64,000 nt of DNA, taken from assembly GCA_949358305.1 (NCBI GenBank), contig OX442314.1, forward strand, positions 4,092,001-4,156,000, given 5' to 3'. The translations under genes were made by a program, and so were the position numbers. Shown here piece by piece: positions 1 through 13,800 of the stretch. This DNA comes from Strigamia acuminata (Eukaryota). Every line of letters starts with the position of its first letter. Within the stretch, counting starts at the first letter, position 1. The notes beneath the pieces are model-generated. The model made no database searches, was not told where the DNA came from, and worked only from the letters and a program-made list of their open reading frames with translations.

Positions 1-712
1 GAAGGAGTAATCAAAGAATCGACTAGAAAACCGCATTTAATTCAAGTTGATAATCCCCACAACGCATGTCCGCTGTGCAGACTGGGATTAACAAACATCA
101 AATACACAGTAATTGATTTTTAACGTGAAAAACGAGTGTTTTTAATTGGTTAAATATTGAATTTGTAGGATGTGCTCATAATAGCCCAATTCGTGCAGTC
201 GGACGGTGAAATAATGCCACAAGCAGCGACTCAACTGTGCGATTCGAGTTACGTTCAAATGATCCAATTAGTGGACGAAGCGAACAAAGCGGGTAATTTT
301 AATTTTATGCGGCTTAAATTGAACAAGCATCGATGTTTTGCCGTTTAAATTGTATAAACATTCATTTCTTCAAGTGAAATTGAACCAAAATCCATTTTAT
401 TCGTATAAATTGAATAAACATCGATGTTTTGCGGTTTAAATTGACTAAACATTGATGTTTTGCCGTTAAAATTGAATAAAATCCATTTTTTTTCGTAAAA
501 TTAAACAAAAATGCATTTTATTTAAAGGTTTGTTGTGGACTAAACGACCGGCGCCTTGGAACACCGAGTTGATGGGCTGGGAGAAGTGCAACACGTACTT
601 CGAAAGCGAACGAGAAGTGAAAATGAAGGAGAGGGCGCGCAGAGAGCACGTTTCTTATTACTACGAGAAAGCGCCGAAAACCAAGAGATTCACGCTACAA
701 GACATCTTGTGA
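1..712 (+). CDS. MRPS18A: Mitochondrial ribosomal protein S18a (mL66)-like, 3' part; exons <1-108, 169-292, 528-712
   Basis: Spliced translation ...CPLCRLGLTNIKYT|DVLIIAQFVQSDGEIMPQAATQLC...EANKAG|LLW... fits the S18 family pattern (CPxC...DVLxxxQF...LC). GT-AG introns keep the frame. Confidence 0.75.
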
Positions 713-725
713 TGGAAATTAAATT

Positions 726-3700
726 TTATTTTCCCTTTTTCGACTTTAGTTGGTGTAACTGCGTCCTGTTTTTAACCGATTTGACCAGACTTTTTAATTC
801 GGCGCCTCTGGACGGTTTAATCGCTTGTTCGCGCTCGTTTTTAAACCGTTTGGGTTCGGGTTCGTCTCCGGCCCGGTTTCGTCGCTTTTCCTTTTCGGCG
901 ATGATCATTTGCATTCCTTCGGTCATTTTAAATTGCGGGTCCGAAGGGTCGATGTGGTATTGATGCGATGTGAAAATCTCCGAAAATCGTTCGTCGTTAA
1001 CGTCAAACTAAGGGAATAAAATATATTTATAAATAAAGATAAATTAAATAAACCGGAAGTAGTATTTTTTGTACTTTAAACGTGTCGGGGGTCAGCTTTT
1101 TTTCCGTTTTTGACTTCTTTTTCCCTTTTTTCACGAGCGATTTCATGTTAAAATGCTGTTTTCCATCGTCGTCTTCCATTAATAATAGATCGAGCTCAGC
1201 CTGTTCAACAAAATTGAGATTAATACAATTTAAAAAATATATATATATTTCTGTCTACCTTGTTTGAATCTTCCAATTCGGGTGATGTTGACCTCTGTTT
1301 TTTACGAAACTTCTTGTCTACAAATTAGAATATATGTAATTAGACCTACGTACAAGATGGTTTGGTGACAAAAAACAGTTTTAAGCAAAAATTTGACCAT
1401 TATAGGCGGAAATTCCATAGTTTCAACAAAAACTAGACCGTTTTAGCGTTTTAGGCCGAAATTTCACCATTTTAACAAAAACTAGACCATTTTAGGCCGA
1501 AATTTCATCATTTTAACAAAAACTAGACCGTTTTAGGTCGAAATTTCATCATTTTAACAAAATCTAGACTGTTTTAGATCGAAATTTCACCATTTTAACA
1601 AAAACTAGACCATTTTAGGCCGAAATTTCACCATTTTAACAAAAACTAGACCATTTTAGGCCGAAATTTCACCAATTTAACAAAAACTAGACCGTTTTAG
1701 GTCAAAATTTCATCATTTTAACAAAATCTAGACTGTTTTAGATCGAAATTTCACCATTTTAACAAAAACTAGACCATTTTAGGCCGAAATTTCACCATTT
1801 TAACAAAAACTAGACCATTTTAGGCCGAAATTTCACCATTTTAACAAAAAGTAGACCGTTTTAGTTCGAAATTTTACCATTTTAACAAAAACTAGACCGT
1901 TTTAGGCCGAAATTTCACCATTTTAACTGCATCATCAACCCACATACCTTTTTTCGATTTACCACTTTTCTCGAATTCCGGTCCTAGATCTTGCGAAAAG
2001 AAATCGTCATCTAAATTCACATCATCCGGCAAATCATCGTCGCTATACTCCGCCTGCAAACAAACAAATCAAAGCAAATCAACCTCAAACTCAAACTCAA
2101 CATAAAACTTCAACCGATCCTATTAGTATTACATCTTTGCCGACTCCTTTCTTCAAGAGTCGTTTCTGCGCGCGCTTCTCCTTCTTCTTCAACAAATACT
2201 GATCCCACGGCGTCAACTCGTTCTCGTCCGACCGTTTCTTCTTCACCATCTCCTGCGTCGTCTCCTTCAAACCCGGCGTCCACGAAATCTCCATCTCAAC
2301 ACCCCGATCATTCTTCTTCTTCTCCTCGTCCTCGATCGACAGCAACAACGCGCGATACTTGGCGACCGAATCCTCTTTCCCATCATCACCATCGCTACTA
2401 TCGTCATCGCTTGTCTGCGCCTCGTTTTCGTCTTCGGAGGACGCGAGATAGGCTCGCAAATCCACCTTATCGCCACTCTTCTTGTCGAAAGCCGCCTGCG
2501 TCAATTTAACTCGATCTGGATCGGTTTCGTCCCACGTTAACTGCACTTTGGCTTGTTGCAACGCGGTCGTGGTGAACAACGACGGTTTGTACGTCTCCGG
2601 CTGCGGCATCGAGTCGGCGAAACTCGTCGGAACCTTCAAAATCGAATTAAATGGAATTAAGGTCAAATTAAATCGATTTAAATCAAATAAAATCAATTTA
2701 AATCAAATAAAATCAATTTAAATCAATTTAAATCAAATCAAATCAACTTAAATCGATTTAAATCAAATCAAATCAACTTAAATCAATTTAAATAAAATAA
2801 CATCAATTTAAATCAAATAAAACCAATATAAATCAAATAAAATCAACTTAAATCGATTTAAATCAACTTAAATCGATTTAAATCAACTTAAATCGATTTA
2901 AATCAACTTAAATCGATTTAAATCAACTTAAATCGATTTAAATCAACTTAAATCAACTTAAATCGATTTAAATCAACTTAAATCAACTTAAATCGATTTA
3001 AATCAACTTAAATCGATTTAAATCAAATAAAATCGATTTAAATCAAATAAAATCGATTTAAATCAAATAAAACCAATTTAAATCAAATAAAATCGATTTA
3101 AATCAAATAAAACCAATTTAAATCAAATAAAATCAATTTAAATCAAAGAAAATCAATTTAAATCAAAGAAAATCAATTTAAATCAAAGAAAATCAATTTA
3201 AATCAAATAAAACCAATTTAAATCAAAGAAAATCAATTTAAATCAAAGAAAATCAATTTAAATCAAAGAAAATCAATTTAAATCAAATAAAATCAACTTA
3301 AAATTTAAATGACTAACATCGTCAAACGTCATCGAATCGGGAATAAACCGTAAATCGAGTCGCACGGCGCTGCTTTCGTACTCAATCCCGGTGCAATCCT
3401 CGTAGATTTTGTTAGCAGTCGCCGCCGAATCGCACTCGACGACCGCGTAGTAATACCGCAGCCTATTCAACTGATATTTGCGCAACTTCTCCATATGGTA
3501 CGCCGAACCCTCCACGTCTTCCTCGTTCTCCTCCTCCTCTCCCTCGATCGTCTCCTCCACCAACTCCTTCGGGCCCGACAAATCTTCTTCCTTCATCCGA
3601 CTTTTCCCGTACTCGGACGCGTAAATCTTCACGCTTTGCACGATCCCTTCGCTCGGCTTAAACGAGTTGCAAAGCACGTAAATATCGCCGGCTTTGATCC

Positions 3701-4851
3701 GGTCCCAGTCCATGTTGCAAACGGCCAGTCGGCGCGTAATTTCGCTCGTTTCCGTCGCATCGGTGTCCAGCTCGCCCCACGCGTGCTCCACCGCATCCTC
3801 GTCTGAAAAACAAAAATTAATTAATCTAATTATGCGCGGGTCTGTTTCAATTGTACCTTCGTCGTCGGACTCGGTCGTGCTGCCGTCGCAAGACTCGACG
3901 TTGCCTTCACCTCGAGCCAAATCCACTTCTCCCGCTTCGGACTCGCTTTCAGAAACTTCGGAGCCTTAAAATTTCAAATTTTTGATTAATTTTTTAATTT
4001 AAAAACACAATTTCGACCATTTTAAACAAATTTTTGATAATTTTTGATCAATTTCGACCATTTTAAACAAATTTTTGAATAATTTTGATCAATTTCGACC
4101 ATTTTAAACAAATTTTTGATTAATTTTGAACAATTTCAACCATTTTAAACAAATTTTTGATAATTTTTGATCAATTTCAACCATTTTAAACAAATTTTTG
4201 ATCAATTTTTTAATTTAAAAACAAAATTTCGGCCATTTTAAACAAATTTTTGATCAATTTTGATCAATTTCGACCATTTTAAACAAATTTTTGATCAATT
4301 TTTAATCATTTTCGACCATTATAAACAAATTTTTGAATAATTTTGATCAATTTCGACCATTTTAAACAAATTTTTGATCAATTTTTATCAATTTCGACCA
4401 TTTTAAACAAATTTTTGATTAATTTTGATCAATTTCGACCGTTTTAAATGAATAAATTACTCGTTTGCTGCGAAACATCGCTTTCAACGTCGGATTCCAA
4501 CGGTTTTAATTCAATATCTGATGGAATTTCAGTTTCTGTTTTCTCAATTTTCTTTTTCTTGATTTTCTTCTTTTTCGAGACTTCTTCGTTCGTTTCCGCG
4601 CCGTCCTCGTCGCTGGACGCACATTCTGACGAAGACAAGTGATAAAACTTCTTCAGGTCTTCTTTGGACGTGCGATTGATGGGCCGGCCACGTTTGTCGG
4701 TCTTGTAATTCACGCTGAAGTCGTCGTCGCCATCGAACATTCCCTTGAATCGTTTGTCGATTTTCACTTTCCGCTCCTCCTTCGGGATTCGCTTAAACCG
4801 CGGATCGTGCAGCACGTGAGCGAATCGCGGGTCCTTTTTAATGCGATCCAT
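726..4851 (-). CDS. ESF1: ESF1 pre-rRNA processing protein homolog, multi-exon
   Basis: N-terminus DPRFAHVLHDPRFKRIPKEERKVKIDKRF...DKRGRP; central RRLAVCNMDWDRIKA...LRKYQLNRLRYYYAVVEC...LDLRFIPD; LTWDETD; C-terminal NUC153-like DERFSEIFTSHQYHIDPSDPQFK. ATG at 4851, stop at 726. Confidence 0.93.
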
Positions 4852-7800
4852 CTTCAAACTAAACAAAAACTAAATAAATAAATGGAATCCACTTTAAAAA
4901 AAACGCACCTTTTAAGTTTTCTACGAGCGTGTCACTGCCGCCATTTACAATTTTAAACAAACGAAGCGCCGTAACTCAGATCCAGCCACCAGATGGCGGT
5001 TCGAGCGGAAATAAAACCCAAAAAACTCGTAATATACACAAAATATAACAAAATTTATATTAGAAACAAAATCCCGGACACAAATTACAGTTTTCAAATA
5101 AATAAAACAATGAAAATCAGGTAGAAAAAATATTATATATTTTTTTTCGTTTTGTTTTAACACAATTCGTAAGAAAAATCGCACTGATCTGGAATTATTC
5201 AATTCAAAGTACTGAAATCATCTTAAAGAGAACGTTACAATTTAAACTAAACATTTTATTATTCGTCCTTTCTCACTGGGCGCCTTTTCCTCACTTCGTC
5301 CGAGCCCGCTACCAAGCCCCCTAACGAATCGACCGCGTCGCCGACGTTTTCCTATAGATAAAATCATTAAAAACCGTTTGATTTATCGATCTAAATCGAA
5401 AGAAATCGATATTTACAACGGTTTCTACATTTCCGGGCGTTTCTTCGACCTTTTTAACGTCGCTAGTTTCGCTTATTAAGTCGCCTTCCGTCGACGGCAC
5501 TGAAATGTGTGATCTGGGCGACGGCGGAATCGTCGTTTTCGGCGGAAACACAAAATCGATTATGCAAACCAAAATCTAAAATTGAAAAAATTTGCAAATT
5601 TAAAATTATTTTTTAATTAGACAGAAATACGGGTCGATCCTCACTATTCCGAACACTGTTACGGGTGAACACGTTACAACGAACCGCAATACAACAAATT
5701 TTTTGTAAAAAAAATTTAATATAACGAATTTTTTTATAGATAATTTTGATATAACGAATTTTTTGTTAAAAAATCTTGATATAACGAATTTTTTGTTAAA
5801 AAATTTTGATATAACGAATTTTTTGTTAAAAAATCTTGATATAACGAATTTTTTGTTAAAAAAGTATTGATATAATGAATTTTTTGTTAAAAAATTGATA
5901 TAACGATTTTTTTGTTAAAAAATCTTGATACAACGAATTTTTTGTTAAAAAATTTTGTTTTCCGAATTTTTTGTTAAAAAATTTTGATATAACGAAATTT
6001 TTGTTAAAAAATCTTGATACAACGAATTTTTTGTTAAAAAATCTTGATATAACGAATTTTTTGTTAAAAAATCTTGATACAACGAATTTTTTGTTAAAAT
6101 ATCTTGATATAACAAATTTTTTGTTAAAAAATCTTGATATAACGAATTTTTTGTTAAAAAATATTAATATAACGAATATTTTGTTAAAAAATCTTGATAT
6201 AACGAATTTTTTTGTTAAAAAATTTAGATATAACGAATTTTTTGTTACAAAATTTTGATATAACGAATTTTTTTGTTAAAAAATTTTGATAAAACGAACT
6301 TATTACAACGCAGTTTTTGCGGTACATCTCGCGCTACTTCACTCTCGTCAAATTCTGAGAAACTGGTGTATTTTCACAAACAATAAAATAATTATAATTT
6401 GTACAAATAAAAATACTTAGAATTTTAATTTGTACAAATAAAATATTTACAAATTATTTCAAATCAATTCTCTCGACCGCTGCAACTTTACCACGCATTT
6501 CTCGTTCTTTACCACGATATCGCCGACCTAAATTAATTTTAAAAAAATTCCATCAAATGGTTCATTTCGAGAACATAAGTAGCGCGAGACGTAAAATTTA
6601 ACCAGTTTACTGTTAAAGTAGTGTTAAAATACCCTTAGCCTACCCAACACTTATAATGAGGTTCGATCTGTTATGAAACAATGAACCGAGGATAACATGG
6701 ACACGTATCCACATGTGTTTTGCCGTGTACGGCGCACTGTATTCTGGGACGACAACAGGTAACAATATAACAAACATGCTTAGTTGGCAAGCAATGCATG
6801 ACACGTGATTGCCGTCGTCCAATCAGCGCACAGAACAACGAATCAATAGGAAATAACACGCGGATACGTGGTTCATGAGGAAACTCACTAATCCAAGAAT
6901 GGCGCCAATAAGTATGGTAACTAAAGCGAAGATTAAGTAGGAACCCCAGTAAGGAACTCCGTATTCTTCAATTAGTTTCGTATGAACGGACTGAAAAATA
7001 AAATAAAATAAAATGTATTATTTATTGCTGTTATTGTTAAAATAATTTTTTTTTTAACCGACCCGGAGAACCATTGATAATTTGAAGAAGTAGGAGATGA
7101 GTGACATTCTGAAAATGGAGAAATAAAATTGGAGAAATCCTTGTGTGATTTTTAGAAGTGTCAACTTGAATGTGAATTTGAATTTTCTGATGATTAATCG
7201 ACCGGGCGTAATGTCATGCGTAAATTGGATTTTTTTTTTATAAAAATTTAATTTTTTTTTTAATTTCTTAAATTAAAATCGGCTCGAAAGGAAAAATGGA
7301 AAAATTTCTTAATTTTTTGCGAGAAATGTTTTAAATTTCATTTTTTATAATTATTTGTGAAAGAAATTCGAGTAAAATTTCATTTTTATATAAAAATAAA
7401 AGGAAAATTTATGTTTTCTATAAAAAGTTGACCTTTTTTCTCTAAAAATTGACTTTTTTCTATAAAAATTGACTTTTTTAAAAATAAGAATTGACTATTT
7501 TCTATTAAAATTGCCCTTTTTCTATAAAAATTGACTTTTTCCTATAAAAATTGACTTTTTTAAAAATAAAAATCTTTTTTTAAATAAAAATTTATCTCTC
7601 TTCTAAAACCCATTTTACAAATAAAAATCCTATCATTTCCAACTCCCCTGATGTTTTATATAAAAATGGACCTTTTTTCTATAAAAATGGACCCTTTTTC
7701 TATAAAAATGGACCTTTTTTCTATAAAAATGGACCTTTTTTCTATAAAAATGGACCCTTTTTCTATAAAAATGGACCTTTTTTCTATAAAAATGGACCTT

Positions 7801-10800
7801 TTTTCTATAAAAATGGACCTTTTTTCTATAAAAATGGACCTTTTTTCTACAAAAATAGACCTTTTTTCTATAATAATTGACCTTTTTTCTATAATAATTG
7901 ACCTTTTTTCTATAAAAATTGACCTTTTTGCTATAAAAATTTCACTTTTTTCTATAAAATTTCACTTTTTTTTAATATAGAAATTCATCTTTCTCCAAAA
8001 ATCCATTTTTTCAAAAGCCAAAAATCCATTTTTTCAAAAGCCAAAAATCCATTTTTTCAAAAGCCAAAAATCCATTTTTTCAAAAGCCAAAAATCCATTT
8101 TTTCAAAAGCCAAAAATCCATTTTTTCAAAAGCCAAAAATCCATTTTTTCAAAAGCCAAAAATCCATTTTACACATAAAACTCCCATCACATCCACCACC
8201 CCCGACAACCCCAACTGAAATCCCCATTTACTGAATCGAACTCGGCGATTTCCACGAAGAAATTTCCTCAACATTTTGCCACTTCTTATCCTCGACGAAA
8301 CTAATAAAATTCTCTTTGTCGCGCGATCCTCGATACATTCGAAAATGACCATCCAAAACACTAAAAAAAAAAACAAAAAAAAAAAACCATAAAATCCACA
8401 ACCAACCAATCAATAAACAAATAAAAATCCATAAACTCCTCACTGGTAGATAGTGGGCAGCGCCGTGACCATAAACCGTCCACTCAGCCCCGGATTGGCG
8501 GTCACGTCAACTTGCGCCACATTTATTCCTAGATCTTTGCTCCAAGCTGCGAATTCCTTCCAAATCACTTCTAGTCCCTTACACGCGGGACACCAGGGTG
8601 CAAAACTGAAAGAAAAATGCCCAAACACATGAAAAACATTGAAACAACATTCGAAAAACGTTGAAAACTCACAATTCGACCATCCATTCGCCTTCCAGCA
8701 TTTGCTGCCAATTTTCTTCATTTAATTCAACTAGTTTAGTCCGAGGAAGGGAGTTCGTTTCTTGCGTGTAAACTAGATTTAGAATTAATAGAAAGCTGAG
8801 AATTCCCAAAACTGTTTGGCGCTGAATAGAAGCCATGAGTGCGAATGCCAACAGCACACGCCGACCGGAAACAAGATGAGTGCGAATGGCGCTGGAAATC
8901 CGCACGACGGTGGCGCCATCGTTTGCTAATATACGACACAATAATTTTTATAATTTCCAGAATTAACAGAATTTCCAGAATTTCCAAAATTTTAAACAAT
9001 AAAATTAAATCCAAAACAATTTTTAAAAATTTTATTTTAAATTTTTTAGAAATTTGATCCGATGAAATGGGGCCTAAAGAAATCCGGGGCCTCAATTTGG
9101 TTGATTTTGATACGTCATACGTGGGCCTTACGATCGAGACCCCCCGAATGTCCAAACACGAGCCCACACGCAATGGCATATTTCCAAATTTGAACATCGC
9201 GGAAATCCCGACTATATTTTCAAATAAATTGTTGCATTTATATTTAATTAGAAAATCGAAACTGTTATCCCCAATGCTAACGCCATCTTTTGGCGAGTTT
9301 TAATGTTGTTTCTGAAACAATCAACAGATGGCGATGAAAAACTCATAATTTTTACATCCCGCTAGGTGCAGACCAAATCGTCTCTGTGTGGGGCCACGAA
9401 CCGAAGTAAAAACTTCGCACTTTTGCGTTCATTTGGTCTATCAAAAGCGAATTCCAATTAAATTTAATGTTTTCGAATCAACACGCGGTTTAATTTCCGT
9501 CGCGCATCTGGTTTTACATCTCCCGGAAGTGGACGAGTATGCGATAACAGTAGTGCGATTTGCGGTGCAATTAAACGAATAAATTTCTCTCTCCGCTTTG
9601 CAGAATGAGCAACCCGCCGACGGATTTATACCAGCGACTGCTCGAAGAGGTGATATTGGTGCGCAAATACGTGAAAGACAGAAGCGACGAGGAGATTTTG
9701 GCGTATTTAGAGGCGCACGTCGGGGATTCGAATCGTGTCGAAACGGTCGTACGAGAATTGCGCGATGGCGACGAGAATCTCGTTTTCCCGGCGAAGGAGG
9801 AGTGCAGCGGCACCGAGGACAAAATCTGCTTGATCGACTTGACGGAGGACGATGATCAGTGTTTTTTGCAGGTGAAATCGTTGGAGGATCCGCAGCCGTC
9901 GACGTCGACGTCGGCCGCGGGTGCGGAGTCGCCGGTCGAGAAACAAGTGGAAACTTTGATGGAGATGTTTCCTGACGGGGATCCCGAGTTTTTTTCTGGT
10001 TTTATTCAGGAGAATTATGCGAATTCGGACGTTGTGCAGGAGACGGTGAATATGTGGTTGGAGAATAAGAGTTATAAGAAGTTGGAACAGGCGAAAAAGG
10101 ATTCGATTAAGAGGAAATTTGCTGAAAGGTGACAGAAATTGGATTTATTTCGACTGAAATGCGATTTATTTCGACTTAAATTCGACTTATTTTGATAAAA
10201 TTCGATTTATTTCGACTTAAATTCGACTTATTTTGATAAAATTCGATTTATTTTGATAAAATTTGATTTATTTTGATAAAATTAGATTTATTTTGATAAA
10301 ATTCGATTTATTTTGATAAAATTCGATTTATTTTGATGAAATTGGATTTATTTTGATGAAATTGGATTTATTTTGATAAAATTGGATTTATTTCGATTGA
10401 AATGCGATTTATTTCGACTGAAATTCGACTTATTTCGACTGAAATTCGACTTATTTCGACTGAAATTCGATTTATTTCGACTTAAATTCGATCTATTTCG
10501 ACTTAAATCGATTTATTTCGATTAAAATTCGATCTATTTCGACTTAAATCGATTTATTTCGACTAAAATTTGATTTATTTTGATAAAATTCGATTTATTT
10601 TGATAAAATTCGATTCATTTTGATAAAATTCGATTTATTTTGATAAAATTCGATTTATCTTAAAAAAATTCGATTTATTTCGACTAAAATTTGATTTATT
10701 TTGATAAAATTCGATTTATTAATTGTATTTTTAATTTTTTTTTAAGGAATTTCACCGTGGAAGAGTTTTTGGAAATGTTCCCGGACCCTGAAAAATACTT

Positions 10801-13800
10801 CAACAACCCCGATCGAGTTGTGGCGGCGAACTACAAGAAACACATTTATGTTTACGCGCTCAATAACTTTCCAAACATCCCCCAACCTACCGTCGCAAAG
10901 ATGCTGGTCAAACACAAATATCACCTAATTCCGTTCGTCCGACAGGCCAAGTGCTTCGAACCGAGTAAATGGTGAAAATTCCACGCATTTTTGGTGTTAT
11001 TTCGTTTGTTTTTCTAGGGATCGGCGTCGAATTAAATCCTATTCCGGACCAAATTGAAATGCCGCAGCCGATGGACGAGTTGTTTTACAAGGAATTGCAA
11101 TATCTCGAGTTGGCGGACGAAATTAAAGGTAAGAAAGGGTTAAAATTATGGTTGAACCGAATACAAATAAAGCGAGAAAAAGAAATAATTTTTTTTTTTT
11201 TTTTGTAGAGTATCAGAATAAGAAGAAAGACGAGAAGAAGAAGAAGATTGAGGAAGCGCGATGTGCGGGGACTTTGATGACGTGCGAGTGTTGTTTCGAG
11301 GATGAGTTGTTGTTGGAGGATTTGTTGCCGTGCACGAATGATCATTTGTTCTGTAAAGATTGTATACGGCGCCAAGCTGAGATTAATATAGGTGGGAATT
11401 TATTTTATTTGTTGGCGATTTTTGGTTAGTTTTATTGTTTTGGGAAGATGGAATGGTGGATTTGTATGAATGTGACCGATTTAAGTAATTGGCGAAATTT
11501 ATGATGAAAAATGTGAAATTTTTCTAAAATTTGTGGAATTTTGACAGAATTTATGAAATTAATCTGAAAGTTTTTCAAATTTTCTGAAATTTTAAAGGAA
11601 TTTATGAAAATAATTTGGAATTTATGTAAAATTCTTCAAATTTTGTTCAAAATTCTTCAAATTTTGTTCAAAATTCTTCAAATTTTGTTCAAAATTCTTC
11701 AAATTTTGTTCAAAATTACTTAAAATTTCTCAAATTTTGTCCAAATTTACCTAAATTTCCTCAAATTTTGCTCAAATTTACCTAAATTTTCTTAAATTTT
11801 GTCCAAATTTATCTAAAATTCTTCAATTTTTTTCCAAATTTACCTGAAATTCTTCAAAATTCTTTAATTCCTCAAATTTCTTAAATTCCTTAAATTCCTG
11901 AAATTCCTGAAATTCCTAAAATTCCTGAAATTTTTCAAATTCCTGAAATTTTTCAAATTTTGTCCAATTTTACCTCAAATTTTGTCCAATTTTCTCTCAA
12001 ATTTATTCCAATTTTACCTCAAATTTATTCCACTTTTACCTCAAATTTATTCCAATTTTACCTCCAATTTTGTCCAATTTTACCTCAAATTCCTCAAATT
12101 TTACCTCAAATTTCTCAAATTTTACATCAAATTCCTCAAATTTTACCTCAAATTCCTCAAATTTTACCTCAAATTCCTCAAATTTTACCTCAAATTCTTC
12201 AAATTTTACTTCAAATTCCTCAAATTTCTCAAATTTTACCTCAAATTCCTCAAATTTTACCTCAAATTCCTCAAATTTTACTTCAAATTCCTCAAATTTT
12301 CCCTCAAATTCCTCAAATTTTACCTCAAATTCCTCAAATTTTCCCTCAAATTTTCCCTCAAATTCCTCAAATTTTGTCCAAATTTACCAAACTGCTCATT
12401 TTTACTAAATCTTTGAAAAATTTCAATTTTTTTCCTAAAACTTCCACAAATTTCCCAAACGATTCAAAATCAATCCCAAACTTCCCAAACTCAGTCGCAA
12501 TCCCTCACAAACATCCAAAACTAAAACCAACCAACTAACTCATTATCAACATTCCAGGTGCAAACAACTTGCATTTTCCATGTTTTAACGGCTACTGCAA
12601 GGAACACTTTCCCATGCGAGTCCTCCAAAGCTGCCTCAAACCCAACATCTTCTCAATCGTCCTTCGAAAAGTGCAAGAAGAAGAAATCCGCCGCGCCGAA
12701 ATCCCCGACCTGGAAGCCTGTCCCTTCTGCTCGTTCTGCGCCATCATGCCCGACACCAACGACAAAGTATTCAAATGCCTCAACCCCGAGTGCCTTAAAG
12801 AGAGTTGCAGGTAACGAGAAATAATTAACAAATAATTAAATAAATAAATAATTTGGTTTTGCCGTTTTGCCAGACTTTGTAAAGAACCAAATCACGTGCC
12901 TTTGCGCTGCAACGAGATCGAGAACAAAACCGAAGTGGACATGCGGACTTTTATTGAGAATAAGATGACCGATGCGCTGTTGCGCACGTGTCCGAGTTGC
13001 AAGCGACGGTTCATCAAGGATTATGGGTGCAACAAGATGACGTGCACGTGCGGGCAACTTATGTGCTACGTGTGCAGGCAACCGATAGCGGATTACGAAC
13101 ATTTTGAAAAGACTATCAACTTAAAGTGAGAAAGAAATAATTGGCGGTTTTGGGTTGAGGAATTTTTCGGATTGGAAAAGGAATTTTTTTTGGATCGGGA
13201 AATGATTTTTTTGCACCGGAAAATTTATTTTTTGATCGGAAAATTCTGGTTTTGCACCGGAAAATTTATTTTTTGATTGGAAAATTCTAGTTTTGCACCG
13301 GAAAATTTATTTTTTGACTGCAACATTCATTTTTTGCACCGGAAAATTTATTTTTTGATTGGAAAATTCTGTTTTTGGACCGGAAAATTCTGTTTTTGAT
13401 TGGAAAATTTATTTTTTGATCGAAAAATTTATTTTTTGATCGAAAAATTCAGTTTTTGCACCGGAAAATTCAGTTTTTGCACCGGAAAATTCAGTTTTTG
13501 CACCCGAAAATTCAGTTCTAACACCGGAAAATTCAGTTTTTGCACCCGAAAATTCAGTTCTAACACCGGAAAATTCAGTTTTTGCACCGGAAAATTAATT
13601 TTTTGATCGGACAATTTATTTTTTGATCGGAAAATTTATTTTTTGCACCGGAAAATTTATTTTTTGCACCGGAAAATTTATTTTTTGATTGGAAAATTTG
13701 TTTTTTGATCGGAAAATTTGTTTTTTGATCGGAAAATTTATTTTTTAACTGGAAAATTCAATTTTTGCACCGGCAATTTCAGTTTTTGCATCGGCAAATT

